From: Chrysomallon squamiferum
Taxonomy: Eukaryota; Animalia; Mollusca
Length of the DNA stretch: 64,000 nucleotides
Direction of reading: 5' to 3'
NCBI GenBank assembly: GCA_012295275.1
Contig: CM022678.1
Span: 8,370,001 to 8,434,000 of the forward strand
The notes under the pieces were generated by a model that saw nothing but the letters and a program-made list of their open reading frames with translations, did no database searches and had not been told where the DNA came from. The position numbers were made by a program, and so were the translations under genes. This document shows positions 24,761-37,741 of this stretch, in pieces; within the stretch, counting starts at the first letter, position 1, and each line of letters starts with the position of its first letter.

Positions 24761-26838
24761 CTATAATGAAGTCTCATTGGTCAGTGGCCTAACAGTGTCT
24801 ATCTCAAGCACTTCAATTCTTTGTTTGAGCAGTTTTATCTGTCTCTCGTAACGATCTGTCATCCCCTGTAACTGAGTCTCAGTTTCTTCAGCTTGCTCTG
24901 CTACTTCTTCTTTGCTTTATCAAACGCTGATATCAAGGCACTGGAGGCAAAATAAATAAACAAATAAATAAAATTAGTTTATGGTATTAAGGCACCATGG
25001 GGTAAAATAAAGTAAAATAATGATATAATATTAGATATGTCAGTTATATTACAGAAATACTAATGCTATCATTACAAAACAAAACAAAAAGAAGATAAAA
25101 ATTAGATGCAATAATTTATGTTAGAAATGTATAAATGTTAATAACAACAGTATTAGTAAAATTTATTTTAATACTACACAAAAAACAATCTTCCACAGAA
25201 AATCCCAGACAATAAAAATCAATAACATTATGAAAGTTCATATACTGTTTATATAATTATACTATTCAAATAATAAGTTTGGTATCAAAATGTCTCTAAA
25301 TATAATTTGAATTCCTGTTTGAAACGTGTGTATGTGTTTGCATAGATCAATGTTTATCGTAGAACATGTAGATTATGCATGACATGCACATACCTGTATG
25401 TTTACCTGTTAGCACGTTTCAGGTCACTGACAAACTCTGCTGACTGCTGATGTCTGTATGTTTACCTGTTATGTCTGTATGTTTACCTGTTAGCTCGTTT
25501 CAGGTCACTGACAAACTCTGCTGACTGCTGATGTCTGTATGTTTACCTGTTATGTCTGTATGTTTACCTGTTAGCTCGTTTCAGGTCACTGACAAACTCT
25601 GCTGACTGCTGATGTCTGTATGTTTACCTGTTATGTCTGTATGTTTACCTGTTAGCTCGTTTCAGGTCACTGACAAACTCTGGTGTCTGCTGATGTCTGT
25701 ATGTTTACCTGTTATGTCTGTATGTTTACCTGTTAGCTCGTTTCAGGTCACTGACAAACTCTGCTGACTGCTGATGTCTGTATGTTTACCTGTTAGCTCG
25801 TTTCAGGTCACTGACACACTCTGCTGACTGCTGATGTATGTATGTTTACCTGTTAGCTCGTTTCAGGTCACTGACAAACTCTGCTGACAGCTGATGTCTG
25901 TATGTTTACCTGTTATGTCTGTATGTTTACCTGTTAGCTAGTTTCAGGTCACTGACAAACTCTGCTGACTGCTGATGTCTGTATGTTTACCTGTTATGTC
26001 TGTATGTTTACCTGTTAGCTCGTTTCAGGTCACTGACAAACTCTGCTGACTGCTGATGTCTGTATGTTTACCTGTCATTGACAAACTCTGCTGACTGCTG
26101 ATGTCTGTATGTTTACCTGTGATGTCTGTATGTTTACCTGTTATGTCTGTATGTTTACCTGTTATGTCTGTATGTTTACCTGTTATGTCTGTATGTTTAC
26201 CTGTTATGTCTGTATGTTTACCTGTTAGCTCGTTTCAGGTCACTGACAAACTCTGGTGTCTGCTGATGTCTGTATGTTTACCTGTTAGCTCGTTTCAGGT
26301 CACTGACAAACTCTGCTGACTGCTGATGTCTGTATGTGCTGTTATGTCTGTATGTTTACCTGTTATGTCTGTATGTTTACCTGTTAGCTCGTTTCAGGTC
26401 ACTGACAAACTCTGCTGACTGCTGATGTCTGTATGTTTACCTGTTATGTCTGTATGTTTACCTGTTAGCTCGTTTCAGGTAACTGACAAACTCTGCTGAC
26501 TGCTGATGTCTGTATGTTTACCTGTTAACTCGTTTCAGGTCTCTGACAAACTCTGCTGACAGCTGATGTCTGTATGTTTACCTGTTATGTCTGTATGTTT
26601 ACCTGTTATGTCTGTATGTTTACCTGTTAGCTCGTTTCAGGTCACTGACAAACTCTGCTGACTGCTGATGTCTGATTTCTGAGTTTTTAGAGATTTTCTC
26701 TAGAGCAGCTACTAACTCTTGTATTCTGAATTTGAGTCGTTTTTCTCTTCTGAGCGACTCACACAGGTCCTGAGCTATCACATCATTCAATCTCAGCTCA
26801 CAGGTAGCTTTAGCTGTCAGCTCATCATCGTCATCATC
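24761..26838 (-). pseudogene. MCC: Duplicate of the last two MCC exons (26838-26624, 24940-24761)
   Basis: Reads ...LRREKRLKFRIQELVAALEKISKNSEIRHQQSAEFVSDLKRAN|SALISAFDKAKKK*QSKLKKL/TQLQGM...LLKQRIEVLE...NETSL*, with an in-frame TAG and a 1-nt deletion in the last exon. Confidence 0.9.
25392..26675. repeat. Compound 60-bp + 21-bp minisatellite made of an MCC exon 3' end and splice donor (about 15 long units)
   Basis: The 60-mer gttagctcgtttcaggtcactgacaaactctgctgactgctgatgtctgtatgtttacct is interspersed with the 21-mer gttatgtctgtatgtttacct. Confidence 0.95.
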
Positions 26839-27369
26839 CTGATGATAAATGATTAGTCATTTAAAATGTTAGTAATTATGAAAGCTATCATATTATCATC
26901 ATGATGAACATAATAATAAATTAAAATTGTAAAAACCATAAACAATTATCTTCATCACTTTGATGATTTATATCAGTAAAATTATAATAAGTAATTATTA
27001 CACCATCGTCATCCTGATGATAAATGATTGAAACTCAGATAATAAAATTAGAATTATGAAAGAAGCTAGTTCCTTACTTTTATCATCTTGATGATTCAAG
27101 ATTTAAAAGATTTAAAATTTTAATACTTACACAAGATTTCAATTCATCATGACACATTTAAAATTTTAAAAGTAATTATGAAGGACAGTTTCAGTTTCAA
27201 AATCAATATTATGACATAACCTATTATGATGTTATTATTACTTAGCGTTTACTATTTATAGATTTCTATTACACTCTGTAAGTCAATATTCTTAGAAAAA
27301 AGAATTTAAAATTATAATAAAGAATGTGATAAACAGCATCGGTAGTTATGTCACACACAATTGTGATCT

Positions 27370-28000
27370 GTTTTCATTATTTAGTTTTCTCTGTTTATAT
27401 GAACATGTCAGTGTATATTAGAATATGAAATAAATAGTCTATCAAGTACATTTTTATTATTTAGTTTTCTCTGTTTATATGAACATGTGAGTGTATATTA
27501 GAATATGAAATAACTAGTCAATCAAGTAAATTTTTATTGTTTAGTTTTCTGTTTACATGAACCATGTCAGTGTATATTAGAATATGAAATAACTAGTCTA
27601 TCAAGTAAATTTTTATTATTTAGTTTTCTATGTTTACATGAATCATGTCAGTGTATATTAGAATATGAAATAACTAGTCTATCAAGTACATTTTTATTAT
27701 TTAGTTTTCTATGTTTATATGAATCATGTCAGTGTATATTAGAATATGAAATAACTAGTCTATCGAGTACATTTTTATTATTTAGTTTTCTCTGTTTATA
27801 TGAACCATGTCAGTGTATATTAGAATATGAAATAACTAGTCTATCGAGTAAATTTTTATTATTTAGTTTTCTATGTTTATATGAATCATGTCAGTGTATA
27901 TTAGAATATGAAATAAATAGTCTATCGAGTAAATTTTTATTATTTAGTTTTCTATGTTTATATGAATCATGTCAGTGTATATTAGAATATGAAATAAAAC
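27370..28000. repeat. 81-bp AT-rich tandem repeat (about 8 copies), running into the gap
   Basis: Unit tttttattatttagttttctctgtttatatgaaccatgtcagtgtatattagaatatgaaataactagtctatcaagtaca; starts at 27691 and 27772 give the period. Confidence 0.95.
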
Positions 28001-28003
28001 CAG

Positions 28004-28203
28004 NNNNNNNNNNNNNNNNNNNNNNNNNNNNNNNNNNNNNNNNNNNNNNNNNNNNNNNNNNNNNNNNNNNNNNNNNNNNNNNNNNNNNNNNNNNNNNNNN
28101 NNNNNNNNNNNNNNNNNNNNNNNNNNNNNNNNNNNNNNNNNNNNNNNNNNNNNNNNNNNNNNNNNNNNNNNNNNNNNNNNNNNNNNNNNNNNNNNNNNNN
28201 NNN
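28004..28203. other. Assembly gap (200 N)
   Basis: Run of N. Confidence 1.
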
Positions 28204-28918
28204 CTACAGCTACTGTTCCTACTGCACTCTGTTAAACTAAATAGCTGCTATTATTATTATTACTACTACTGCTAAACTAGTTATTATTACTACTGCTGCT
28301 ACTACTACAACCACAGTTATGTTAACTCCTTTACCACACTACTACATTAGCTTTTATTATCACTATCCTACAAGATTATTATTATTATTATTATTATTAC
28401 TCTTTCTAGTTTTTTGATGCAGTAGTAGCTGTTATTATTACTACTGCTGTTGCTGCTGCTGTTTTTGGTGCTAATTACATCTCTGTCACAAATAATAAAG
28501 AACTGAAAACTATTGTATTTACAAGATGCCATTCAGATGTGTTATTTGTCCTCCTGTGTATGTGTATAGTAATAAAAATAAACATAATAAATCTCAAACA
28601 ATATGCAAGCTTCTATTTTAATATTTTGTATTAAAAACTATTTTTTCTGAAAAACAAAAATAATTTATTACCTAATGAGTTTCCACTCAAGGTCTTTAAC
28701 TCAGAGTTGTGTCCCTTGGTGGTATAAACAAAGACTAAAGGCACCGTCAGTTTCAATCTTAAATTTAAATAAAACAGGCCTGAGTATTTTGTATAAAACA
28801 TTTAATCATATAAACTGATAACTGCATCATTCAGATAAAAAGCTGTCATCTTGGATTATTGAAAACAGCAGACATAAACTGAATACAAGATTAAGTGATC
28901 CCAGCTGGTGATAAAATA

Positions 28919-28952
<34 letters not shown>

Positions 28953-29191
28953 AATAATAATAATAATTCACAATGTGCACAGTCTACATTAACAGAAAAT
29001 AATTTAATGTCAGTGATTAAAATAAGCATAGTGTGTACAAAAATAATATTGAGCTAAATAATTCTGATTGGCTGATCTCTCTCTGAAGATTGGCTGGTTA
29101 ATCATTCTGTGGTTTCATTGGTTAATCTCTATCTATAGTCTGATTGGTTAATCAGGCTGAGATCTGATTGACTAGTTACTGACACACCCAC

Positions 29192-29456
29192 CTGATATTA
29201 AGTTCTGAGAGAAGAATTTTCTGTGACTGCAGTACACAAATCTTTAGACCAACATCACTCATATTACACTGACTGACACATACAGACAATAACACACACC
29301 CTGGCTTCTGGCAATAAAACTAAATAATGAAATTAAACTAATATTAAAATATTATATACATACACATAGAAAGATATATACTGACAGACTATATAGGAAT
29401 ATACCCATGTAAGAACACACACACCCGCACAACACACAACTTCACATACACATTAA

Positions 29457-29492
<36 letters not shown>

Positions 29493-30220
29493 TAGATGTA
29501 TTCTGTTAATAATACAAATGCTGTTGATGTTGTTGTTATAACAACTAAAGTACCACTTTTCACCAATATTTACTATTACACTTTTCATCTGAACAGTAAA
29601 TGTTTTAAGTTCTGAAACTTTCTCTCACCCTTAAAGCAGCAGCCAGTCTTTTAGCGAGAGCAGTTTTATCAGATAATCCATTACTAGACAGATCTAGTTC
29701 TGTGAGTCCAGTGTTTAGCGAGAGCAGTTTTATCAGATAATCCATTACTAGACAGATCTAGTTCTGTGAGTCCAGTGTTTAGCAAAAGCAGTTTTATCAG
29801 ATAATCCATTACTAGACAGATCTAGTTCTGTGAGTCCTATGTTTAGCGAGAGCAGTTTTATCAGATAATCCATTACTAGACAGATCTAGTTCTGTGAGTC
29901 CAGTGTTTTCTTCTAGAGTTGATGACAGGAGTTTCATATCAGTGGAGCCTACACTTAGCTCTGAAAATAAATAAATAAATTTAAAAAATAGAAAAAATAA
30001 ATAAATAAATAAATAAATAAATTTCAATAGCTCTGAAATTATAGAGAAATAAACATTTATATGAATAAAGCCAGTATAAATAAATAAATAAATAAAAAAG
30101 AAAGTTAATAAATGTTAAAAATATAATGAAAAATTTTGATTCTTGAGTATGTGCTAATGTTTCTTAGAGGAGAGAGAGAAAGAGAACGATAGTAAGAGAG
30201 AGAGAGCTAGAAAGGGAAAG

Positions 30221-30287
<67 letters not shown>

Positions 30288-31404
30288 ATGACTGAGAGAT
30301 AGAAACAGAAAGAGAGAAAGAGAAAGATAGTAAGAGAGAGAGAGAGAGAGATATATGACTGAGAGATAGAAACAGAAAGAGAATGAAAAGTGAAATATTG
30401 GCAGATAAAGAAAAGTTAAAAAGAAAATAAGAAGAAAGCTGAGACTTTTCAGTGTTTTGTTTTCTTTAAGAGCTGGACTGACACAGTGAGAGAAATAATC
30501 ATTTCCTAGAGAATTACTCAACACATCCAACTATTCCAGTTTACCAACAACATTTTGACTATGAAACATTTTATAACAGTACTAGAAACAAAACACTCAA
30601 GTTGTGTGTATTAGTAGTAAAAACTATTAACACAAATTGTTAACACTTATTTATTTGTTATTATTAAAATGCAGTTAGTAGATGACATCACAATGTTTTA
30701 ACAGTAGTAATAGTATCAACAGCAGTGATAGTAGTTGAGGTAATAACAGCAATAGAACTAGTATAACAGTGGTAGTGTTGGTTGTAGTCTAGCAGTTTTA
30801 TTATTAGTAACAGTAGTAGCAGCAGCAGTTGTAGCAGTAGTAGTAGTAGTAATAGCAGAAGAATTCATAGTTGTAGTATTAGTGGTAAAAGTTGTAGTAT
30901 TAGTAGTAATACCACTATGTAATAATAGAAGTAAAAATAATAAAATTAACATTTGTAGTGTAAGTAGCAACAGTAGAAATAGCAGTAACAGACATAGTGG
31001 TAAACAGATATATAATTACTGTTTATAGATTTAGTGTGTTGAAAGTCACTGTTAGTAACAATTTTTAAGTAGTAGAATAATAATAGTAACAGTTGTAGAG
31101 CAGAAGTAGCAATATTAGTAAGTAACTGATAATCCTGGACAATTACATATACTACTACTACTACTAATAATAATGATAACAATAACTATAACAATGACAA
31201 TAATAATAATAGTAAGAAGAAGAAGAAGAGGAAGATGAAGGTGGTGAAGAAGAAGATGAAGAACAAGAAGAGAAAATAAGATTTTTGTTTTCACAATTAG
31301 ACATATATAAATATAAAAATAATTTCTTGTTATTGGTATAAGCATGTTGTAATAAATATGGAATTCTTTAAACTGTTTTATTATTATTATTATTGTTACT
31401 ATTA

Positions 31405-31456
<52 letters not shown>

Positions 31457-32930
31457 TGTTATTATTATTATTATTATTTCTGTTATTATTATTATAAAAC
31501 ATTTTATAACACTTATAATTAAGATTACTCACAGCACTCTCAGTGTCTGTTTTGTTGGTGGTGAGGCTAAGGAAGATCACTGTTGTGTTAGAACACATTG
31601 CCAAACACACAGCTCGGAAAGCCTGGGGTCCAAAACTGTTTCCTGATAAATTTAAAACCTAGTTAAAAAATAAATAAATAAACAAAAATAAAGGTGTTAA
31701 TAATTAATGAAAATATAGAATATTAAATTATTCTGTAGGTTATAATATTAAATAAAAGAATGAAAAGAGTGATAACATGAATGTAAATATCCAATATTAT
31801 GTAATTCAGTATGATTATATTTTAAATAAATTCAAAATAATAAGAAAATTAATAAATAAATGAAAGATTGATAGATACATACATTAGACAGATAGAGGTT
31901 AGATATAAATAAATAAATAAAATAAAAATAATCAACTGTCTACTAAAACTTGTTTTAAGAGCATTTTTATAAATTAAAACTATAAATAAATTTAAAATTA
32001 TTTAAATAACTGATTCTCAAGCTATTTATGTTCAGAATTATCACAAGAGAACTTAAAGAAAGATTACATAAAATATTTTCTTTCTTTTGTTATACTTCAA
32101 AATATTACAACTTTGACAATAATTGCTAAAAAAAAACAAAGAAAAGAAAGGAAGAAAAAAGAAAGAAAACTAAAAACTTGACAAGTAGGAACAAATAAGA
32201 AATGATATATAAAGACACAGATTGAGATACAAACAGATAAGTATAGGGTAAGTACATAAATAGGTATATAGACAGATCCTCTGAAAGAAATACACACAGA
32301 AAGAAATACACATAGAAAGAAATACACACAGACAAACAGAAAAGCAGAGAGAGATAGAAATAAAATAAATAAATAGGGAGGCAGACAGAAAGAGAAACAG
32401 ACAGACAGACTAAGACACATTTACAGACATATTTACCTGAATATTTTTTAAACATTCTAAAATCTGACTAAGTGGTAAAGCTTGTGTCAGTTTAAGTCTT
32501 GGTCTGGCTGCTTTCAACAAAAACTCGTTTCACAAGAAGATTAATCAGTCAAATCACATGATCAAACTTTTTCTGTGGATCCATATCTTCTTTGCTGTCA
32601 CCCTTACTGAAAGAAAGTTTTAAAACTAACTTCTTTTCTTTTGTCAGAGTTGTTTGAGCAGTTTGTTCACTTAATTTCTTAGACATTATTTTTACTGAAT
32701 ACCTCTGTCAGTGGGTGGTGGTGTTTCTGGTTTCTTTTCTAGTGTGTCTGGATGTTTCTTGGCACAGGAGTTTGAGTTTTCAGTGGTTGGTGTTGTGATG
32801 TCAGTTTGTCTTGGATCTAATGGTGGCAACTGCTGTTTCAATTTCAGTGACGTAAAACCCATTTGTCTACAAACACAAAGCTTCCTGATGTGAAACTCTA
32901 TTTCCAGACTCTGTAATCAGTTTCAGAAAC
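29192..32930 (-). pseudogene. RI-type LRR gene remnant, copy 2
   Basis: GT-AG bounded exons at 31658-31533 (VLNLSGNSFGPQAFRAVCLAMCSNTTVIFLSLTTNKTDTESA) and 29960-29629 (MKLLSSTLEENTGLTELDLSSNGLSDKTALAKRLAAALR, interrupted by repeats). Further relics at about 30560-30440 (LSNSLGND...ALKENKTLKSL) and about 29310-29192 (SQCNMSDVGLK..TENSSL.ELNIS, frameshifted). Confidence 0.75.
29651..29907. repeat. 64-bp minisatellite inside an LRR exon (4 copies)
   Basis: gagagcagtttt at 29656 and 29720, with further copies at the same 64-bp period. Confidence 0.95.
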
Positions 32931-34764
32931 TGGTACATCTAAACATTCTTTAAATTTTTCAGTATTCAAACATATGTACATTTTATTTCTTTTTATTCAT
33001 TAAAATTCAGACCAGACTCTTAAAATGTCAAAGAGAAAATTTGGTTTAATAATACAAGAATCATCACTTTTGAAAACATATTTATAAAAAAAAATTGATC
33101 ACTTTTCATGATGTTAGAGTGCCATAAACAATTCAGTGTGATTCTAATTATGCATAATGAAGACACATATCACAAATAAGTTTTGCATATAATCAGCTAA
33201 TAACAAATATTTTCAACACTTGTGAATTAATAAAAGCTGGTTCAATATCATGATGAAGCAATTACAGCATTATCCCATTTAGTTATATCATTATGAATGA
33301 AATATTTTAGTGAAACTAGAAAAATGAAGACTGGTGAATATGTATAAGAATTATTTTGATAACAGTAGTAGTAGTGGAAGTAATAATAGTAATAATAATA
33401 CTAATGGCAATAATGTTAATAATAATAATAATAATAATAATAGAAGTTGAATTATAAAATTAACAATAATTATCTCAATATTAGTAGAATAATAATAAAA
33501 TAAGAGATAAATGTTATCAATGATACAATAGAGATACTAAAGTACTTTTGATTTTATTCTGAGATAAAACATTTTGATTTCACATGGCATTTTGATTTAG
33601 TGTGTTGTACCACTGTGTTGTATTGTTTCTTCAGATAAAACCAGTAATCCTTTGACACTGACTGACACAAACATTTTCTTTAGTTCATCAATGGTAATTT
33701 AAATTAAGTGTTTTCTGTAATGTCTGTTTCGTTCATCTTGGTCACAGACGTTGGTCAGAATAAACACAAAGTTCTTTCACAATAATGTTTCAGTTGTACA
33801 TTTTTTGAATGGTCCTAGATATTGAATAATGTCAATATTTATCTGGACTGAATTTTTAAACAACAACACTGATTGGTTAATTCTAAATACTTTTGGCAGG
33901 TCATTTGTCACATTCATGATGATTGGTTTATTACAGATCAATGGCTACTCTTTTATTACAGACACCTTGACTGGCTATTTTTAACTCTCAGATCACTATG
34001 GTTACATGATTGGTAAATAACAAACTTTTTCACCAGTCTTGTATTACAAACACTGTGACTGGATAAGAGAACTCACAGAATTTTGTTACAATCGTAGCGA
34101 TTGGTTAATTATAAATCCCAGATCTGCTATAATGAAGTCTCATTGGTTGGTGGCCTAACAGAGTCTATCTCAAGCACTTCAATTCTTTGTTTTAGCAGTT
34201 TTATCTGTCTCTCGTAGTGATCTGTCATCCCCTGTAACTGAGTCTCAGTTTCTTCATCTTGCTCTGGTGCTTCTTCTTTGCTTTATCAAACGCTGATATC
34301 AAGGCACTGGAGGCAAAATAAATAAACAAATAAATAAAATTAGTTTATGATATTAATGCATTATGGGGGAAAATAAAGTAAAATAATGATATAATATTAG
34401 ATATGTCAGTTATATTACAGAAATACTAATGCTATCATTACAAAACAAAACAAAAAGAAGATAAAAATTAGATGCAATAATTTATGTTAGAAATATATAA
34501 ATGTTAATAACAACAGTATTAATAAAATTTATTTTAATACTACACAAAAAAAATCTTCCACAAAAAATCCCAGACAATAAAAACCAATGACATTATGATA
34601 GTTTATATACTGTTTATATAATTATAATATTCAAATAATAAGTTTAGTATCAAAATGTCTCTAAATATAATTTGAAATTCCTGTTTGAAACCTGTGTGTG
34701 TGTTTGCATAGATCAATGTTTATTGTAGAACATGTAGATTATGCATGACATGCATACACCTGCA

Positions 34765-35738
34765 TGTTTACCTGTTAGCTCGTTTCAGGTCACTGACAAA
34801 CTCTGGTGACTGCTGATGTCTGTATGTTTACCTGTTATGTCTGTATGTTTACCTGTTAGCTCGTTTCAGGTCACTGACAAACTCTGCTGACTGCTGATGT
34901 CTGTATGTTTACCTGTTAGCTCGTTTCAGGTCACTGACAAACTCTGGTGTCTGCTGATGTCTGTATGTTTACCTGTTATGTCTGTATGTTTACCTGTTAG
35001 CTCGTTTCAGGTCACTGACAAACTCTGCTGTCTGTTGATGTCTGTATGTTTACCTGTTAGCTCGTTTCAGATCACTGACAAACTCTGCTGACTGCTGATG
35101 TCTGTATGTTTACCTGTTATGTCTGTATGTTTACCTGTTAGCTCGTTTCAGACCACTGACAAACTCTGCTGACTGCTGATGTCTGTATGTTTACCTGTTA
35201 GCTCGTTTCAGACCACTGACAAACTCTGCTGACTGCTGATGTCTGTATGTTTACCTGTTAGCTCGTTTCAGACCACTGACAAACTCTGCTGACTACTGAT
35301 GTCTGTATGTTTACCTGTTATGTCTGTATGTTTACCTGTTAGCTCGTTTCAGACCACTGACAAACTCTGCTGACTACTGATGTCTGTATGTTTACCTGTT
35401 AGCTCGTTTCAGACCACTGACAAACTCTGCTGATGTCTGTATGTTGATTATGTCTGTATTTTTATGTCTGTATGTTTACCTGTTATGTCTGTATGTTTAC
35501 CTGACAAGCTCGTTTCAGATGTCACTGACAAACTCTGCTGTCTGCTGATGTCTGTATGTTTACCTGTTATGTCTGTATGTTTACCTGTTAGCTCGTTTCA
35601 GGTCACTGACAAACTCTGCTGTCTGCTGATGTCTGTATGTTTACCTGTTATGTCTGTATGTTTACCTGTTATGTCTGTATGTTTACCTGTTAGCTCGTTT
35701 CAGGTGACTGACAAACACTGCTGACTGCTGATGTCTGA
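34765..35738. repeat. Compound 60/21-bp MCC exon-donor minisatellite, copy 2 (about 13 long units)
   Basis: Same units as 25392-26675, with a run of variant units containing tttcagaccactg. Confidence 0.95.
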
Positions 35739-36411
35739 TTTCTGAGTTTTTAGAGATTTTCTCTAGAGCAGCCACTAACTCTTGAACTCTGAATTTGAGT
35801 CGTTTTTCTCTTCTGAGCAACTCACACAGGTCCTGAGCTATTACATCATTCAATCTCAGCTCATCATCGTCATCATCCTGATGATAAATGATTAGTCATT
35901 TAAAATTTTACTAATTATGAAAGCTATCATATTATCATCATGATGAACATAATAATAAATTAAAATTGTAAAAACCATAAACAATTATCTTCATCACTTT
36001 GATGATTTATATCAATAAAATTATAATAAGTAACTATTACACCATCATCATCATCCTGATGATAAATGATTGAAACTCAGATAATAAAATTAGAATTATG
36101 AAAGAAGCCAGTTCCTTACTTTTATCATCTTGATGATTCAAGATTTAAAAGATTTAAAATTTTAATACTTACACAAGATTTCAATTCATCATGACACATT
36201 TAAAATTTTAAAAGTAATTTTGAAGGACAGTTTCGGTTTCAAAATCAATATTATGACATAACCTATTATGATGTTATTATTACTTAGCTTTTACTATTTA
36301 TAGATTTCTATTACACTCTGTAAGTCAATATTCTTAGAAAACAGAATTTAAAATTATAATAAAGAATGTGATAAACAGCATCGGTAGTTATGTCACACAC
36401 AATTGTGATCT

Positions 36412-36800
36412 GTTTTTATTATTTAGTTTTCTCTGTTTATATGAACCATGTCAGTGTATATTAGAATATGAAATAACTAGTCTATCAAGTACATTTTTAT
36501 TATTTAGTTTTCTATGTTTATATGAACCATGTCAGTGTATATTAGAATATGAAATAACTATTTTTTAGTCTATCAGTACATTTACATTTTTATTATTTAG
36601 TTTTCTCTGTTTATATGAATCATGTCAGTGTATATTAGAATATGAAATAAATAGTCTATCAAGTACATTTTTATTATTTAGTTTTCTCTGTTTATATGAA
36701 CCATGTCAGTGTATATTAGAATATGAAATAAATAGTCTATCAAGTAAATTTTTATTATTTAGTTTTCTCTGTTTATATGAACATGTGAGTTGTTTAGAAT
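36412..36800. repeat. 81-bp AT-rich tandem repeat, copy 2 (about 5 copies, degenerating), in an MCC intron
   Basis: Same unit as 27370-28000. Confidence 0.9.
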
Positions 36801-37701
36801 GCACACATAAAATAACTAAACAGTCTATCAGTTATTTTAGTATTGTTTAGTTTTCTCTGTTTATGTGACAAATCAGAATACATAATAAAATAAATGAACA
36901 GTCTATCAATTATTTATTATAATTCTGTTTTTTCTGTTTAAATCAAAGTTTAAAACACACAAAGCATGACAAATAATAAAATCAATTCTTAGACATATCT
37001 ACTGTGTATGTTATTATTATATTTGGTTCCCCTGTTTTATAATAATAATATCTGTCCAACTGCTAGAAGAGATAAAGTAAGAGAAAATCACATTTCTCTT
37101 AGCCAAGTCTATGTTTATATAATTACATATATATATATATATATATATACTATCTAACTTAGATAATCACAGAGAGTCTGTTTATTTAATTATATATATA
37201 ATAAATAAAAGATAAATAAAACAGAGATAATCTTAGAAGAGATAAAGTGATAAATAAAACAGAGATAATCACATGTTTGTGTTTGCCCAGTCTGTTTATA
37301 TATATATATATATATACTATCTAACTTAGAAGAGATAAAGTGATAAATAAAACAGAGATATTCACATGTTTGTGTTTGCTGTCTCTGCCCAGTCTCTGCT
37401 GGTGCTCTGAGATCTCACACTTGAGATGCTCTATCTGTACTCTGTAGACCTGCTCCTGTGACTCCTTACCACTCAGTCTCAACTCCAGACTCTCTTCTCC
37501 TTCTCCATCAAGTAGTTCTGAGCCTTCAGCTCCACCTTCTCCTCCTGAAAAACATTTCATGTGTAAATGACAAAGTCCAAACATCGTCCTGTGAAACAAA
37601 AATTATGACAAAGTCCAAAGTGTGGTATACTGAGACTGTCTAGAATTCAGAAAATCTTTTAATATAAATGGAATAAGATACAAAAAGACCAAACTGCCAA
37701 T

Positions 37702-37741
<40 letters not shown>

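Larger units (their letters stand above)
19565..28003 (+). repeat. Segmental duplication B, copy 1 (direct match to about 28822-36800)
   Basis: Near-identical collinear sequence at an offset of about 9.2-9.4 kb, e.g. 21740-24270 vs 30950-33410 and 24290-27420 vs 33655-36470. It ends at the gap. Confidence 0.95.
28822..36800 (+). repeat. Segmental duplication B, copy 2
   Basis: Begins with tgcatcattcagataaaaagctgtcatcttgga, as at 19566. Same order of LRR exons, MCC terminal exons and minisatellites as copy 1. Confidence 0.95.

Noticed and set aside
26101-26319. MSVCLPV-repeat ORFs (also 34897-35091 and 35464-35724)
   Set aside because: Antisense reading of the 21/60-bp minisatellite.
25392-28000. 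CRISPR-like appearance of the regular repeats
   Set aside because: The units are head to tail with no unique spacers, there are no cas genes, the context is eukaryotic, and the 60-mer derives from an MCC exon.
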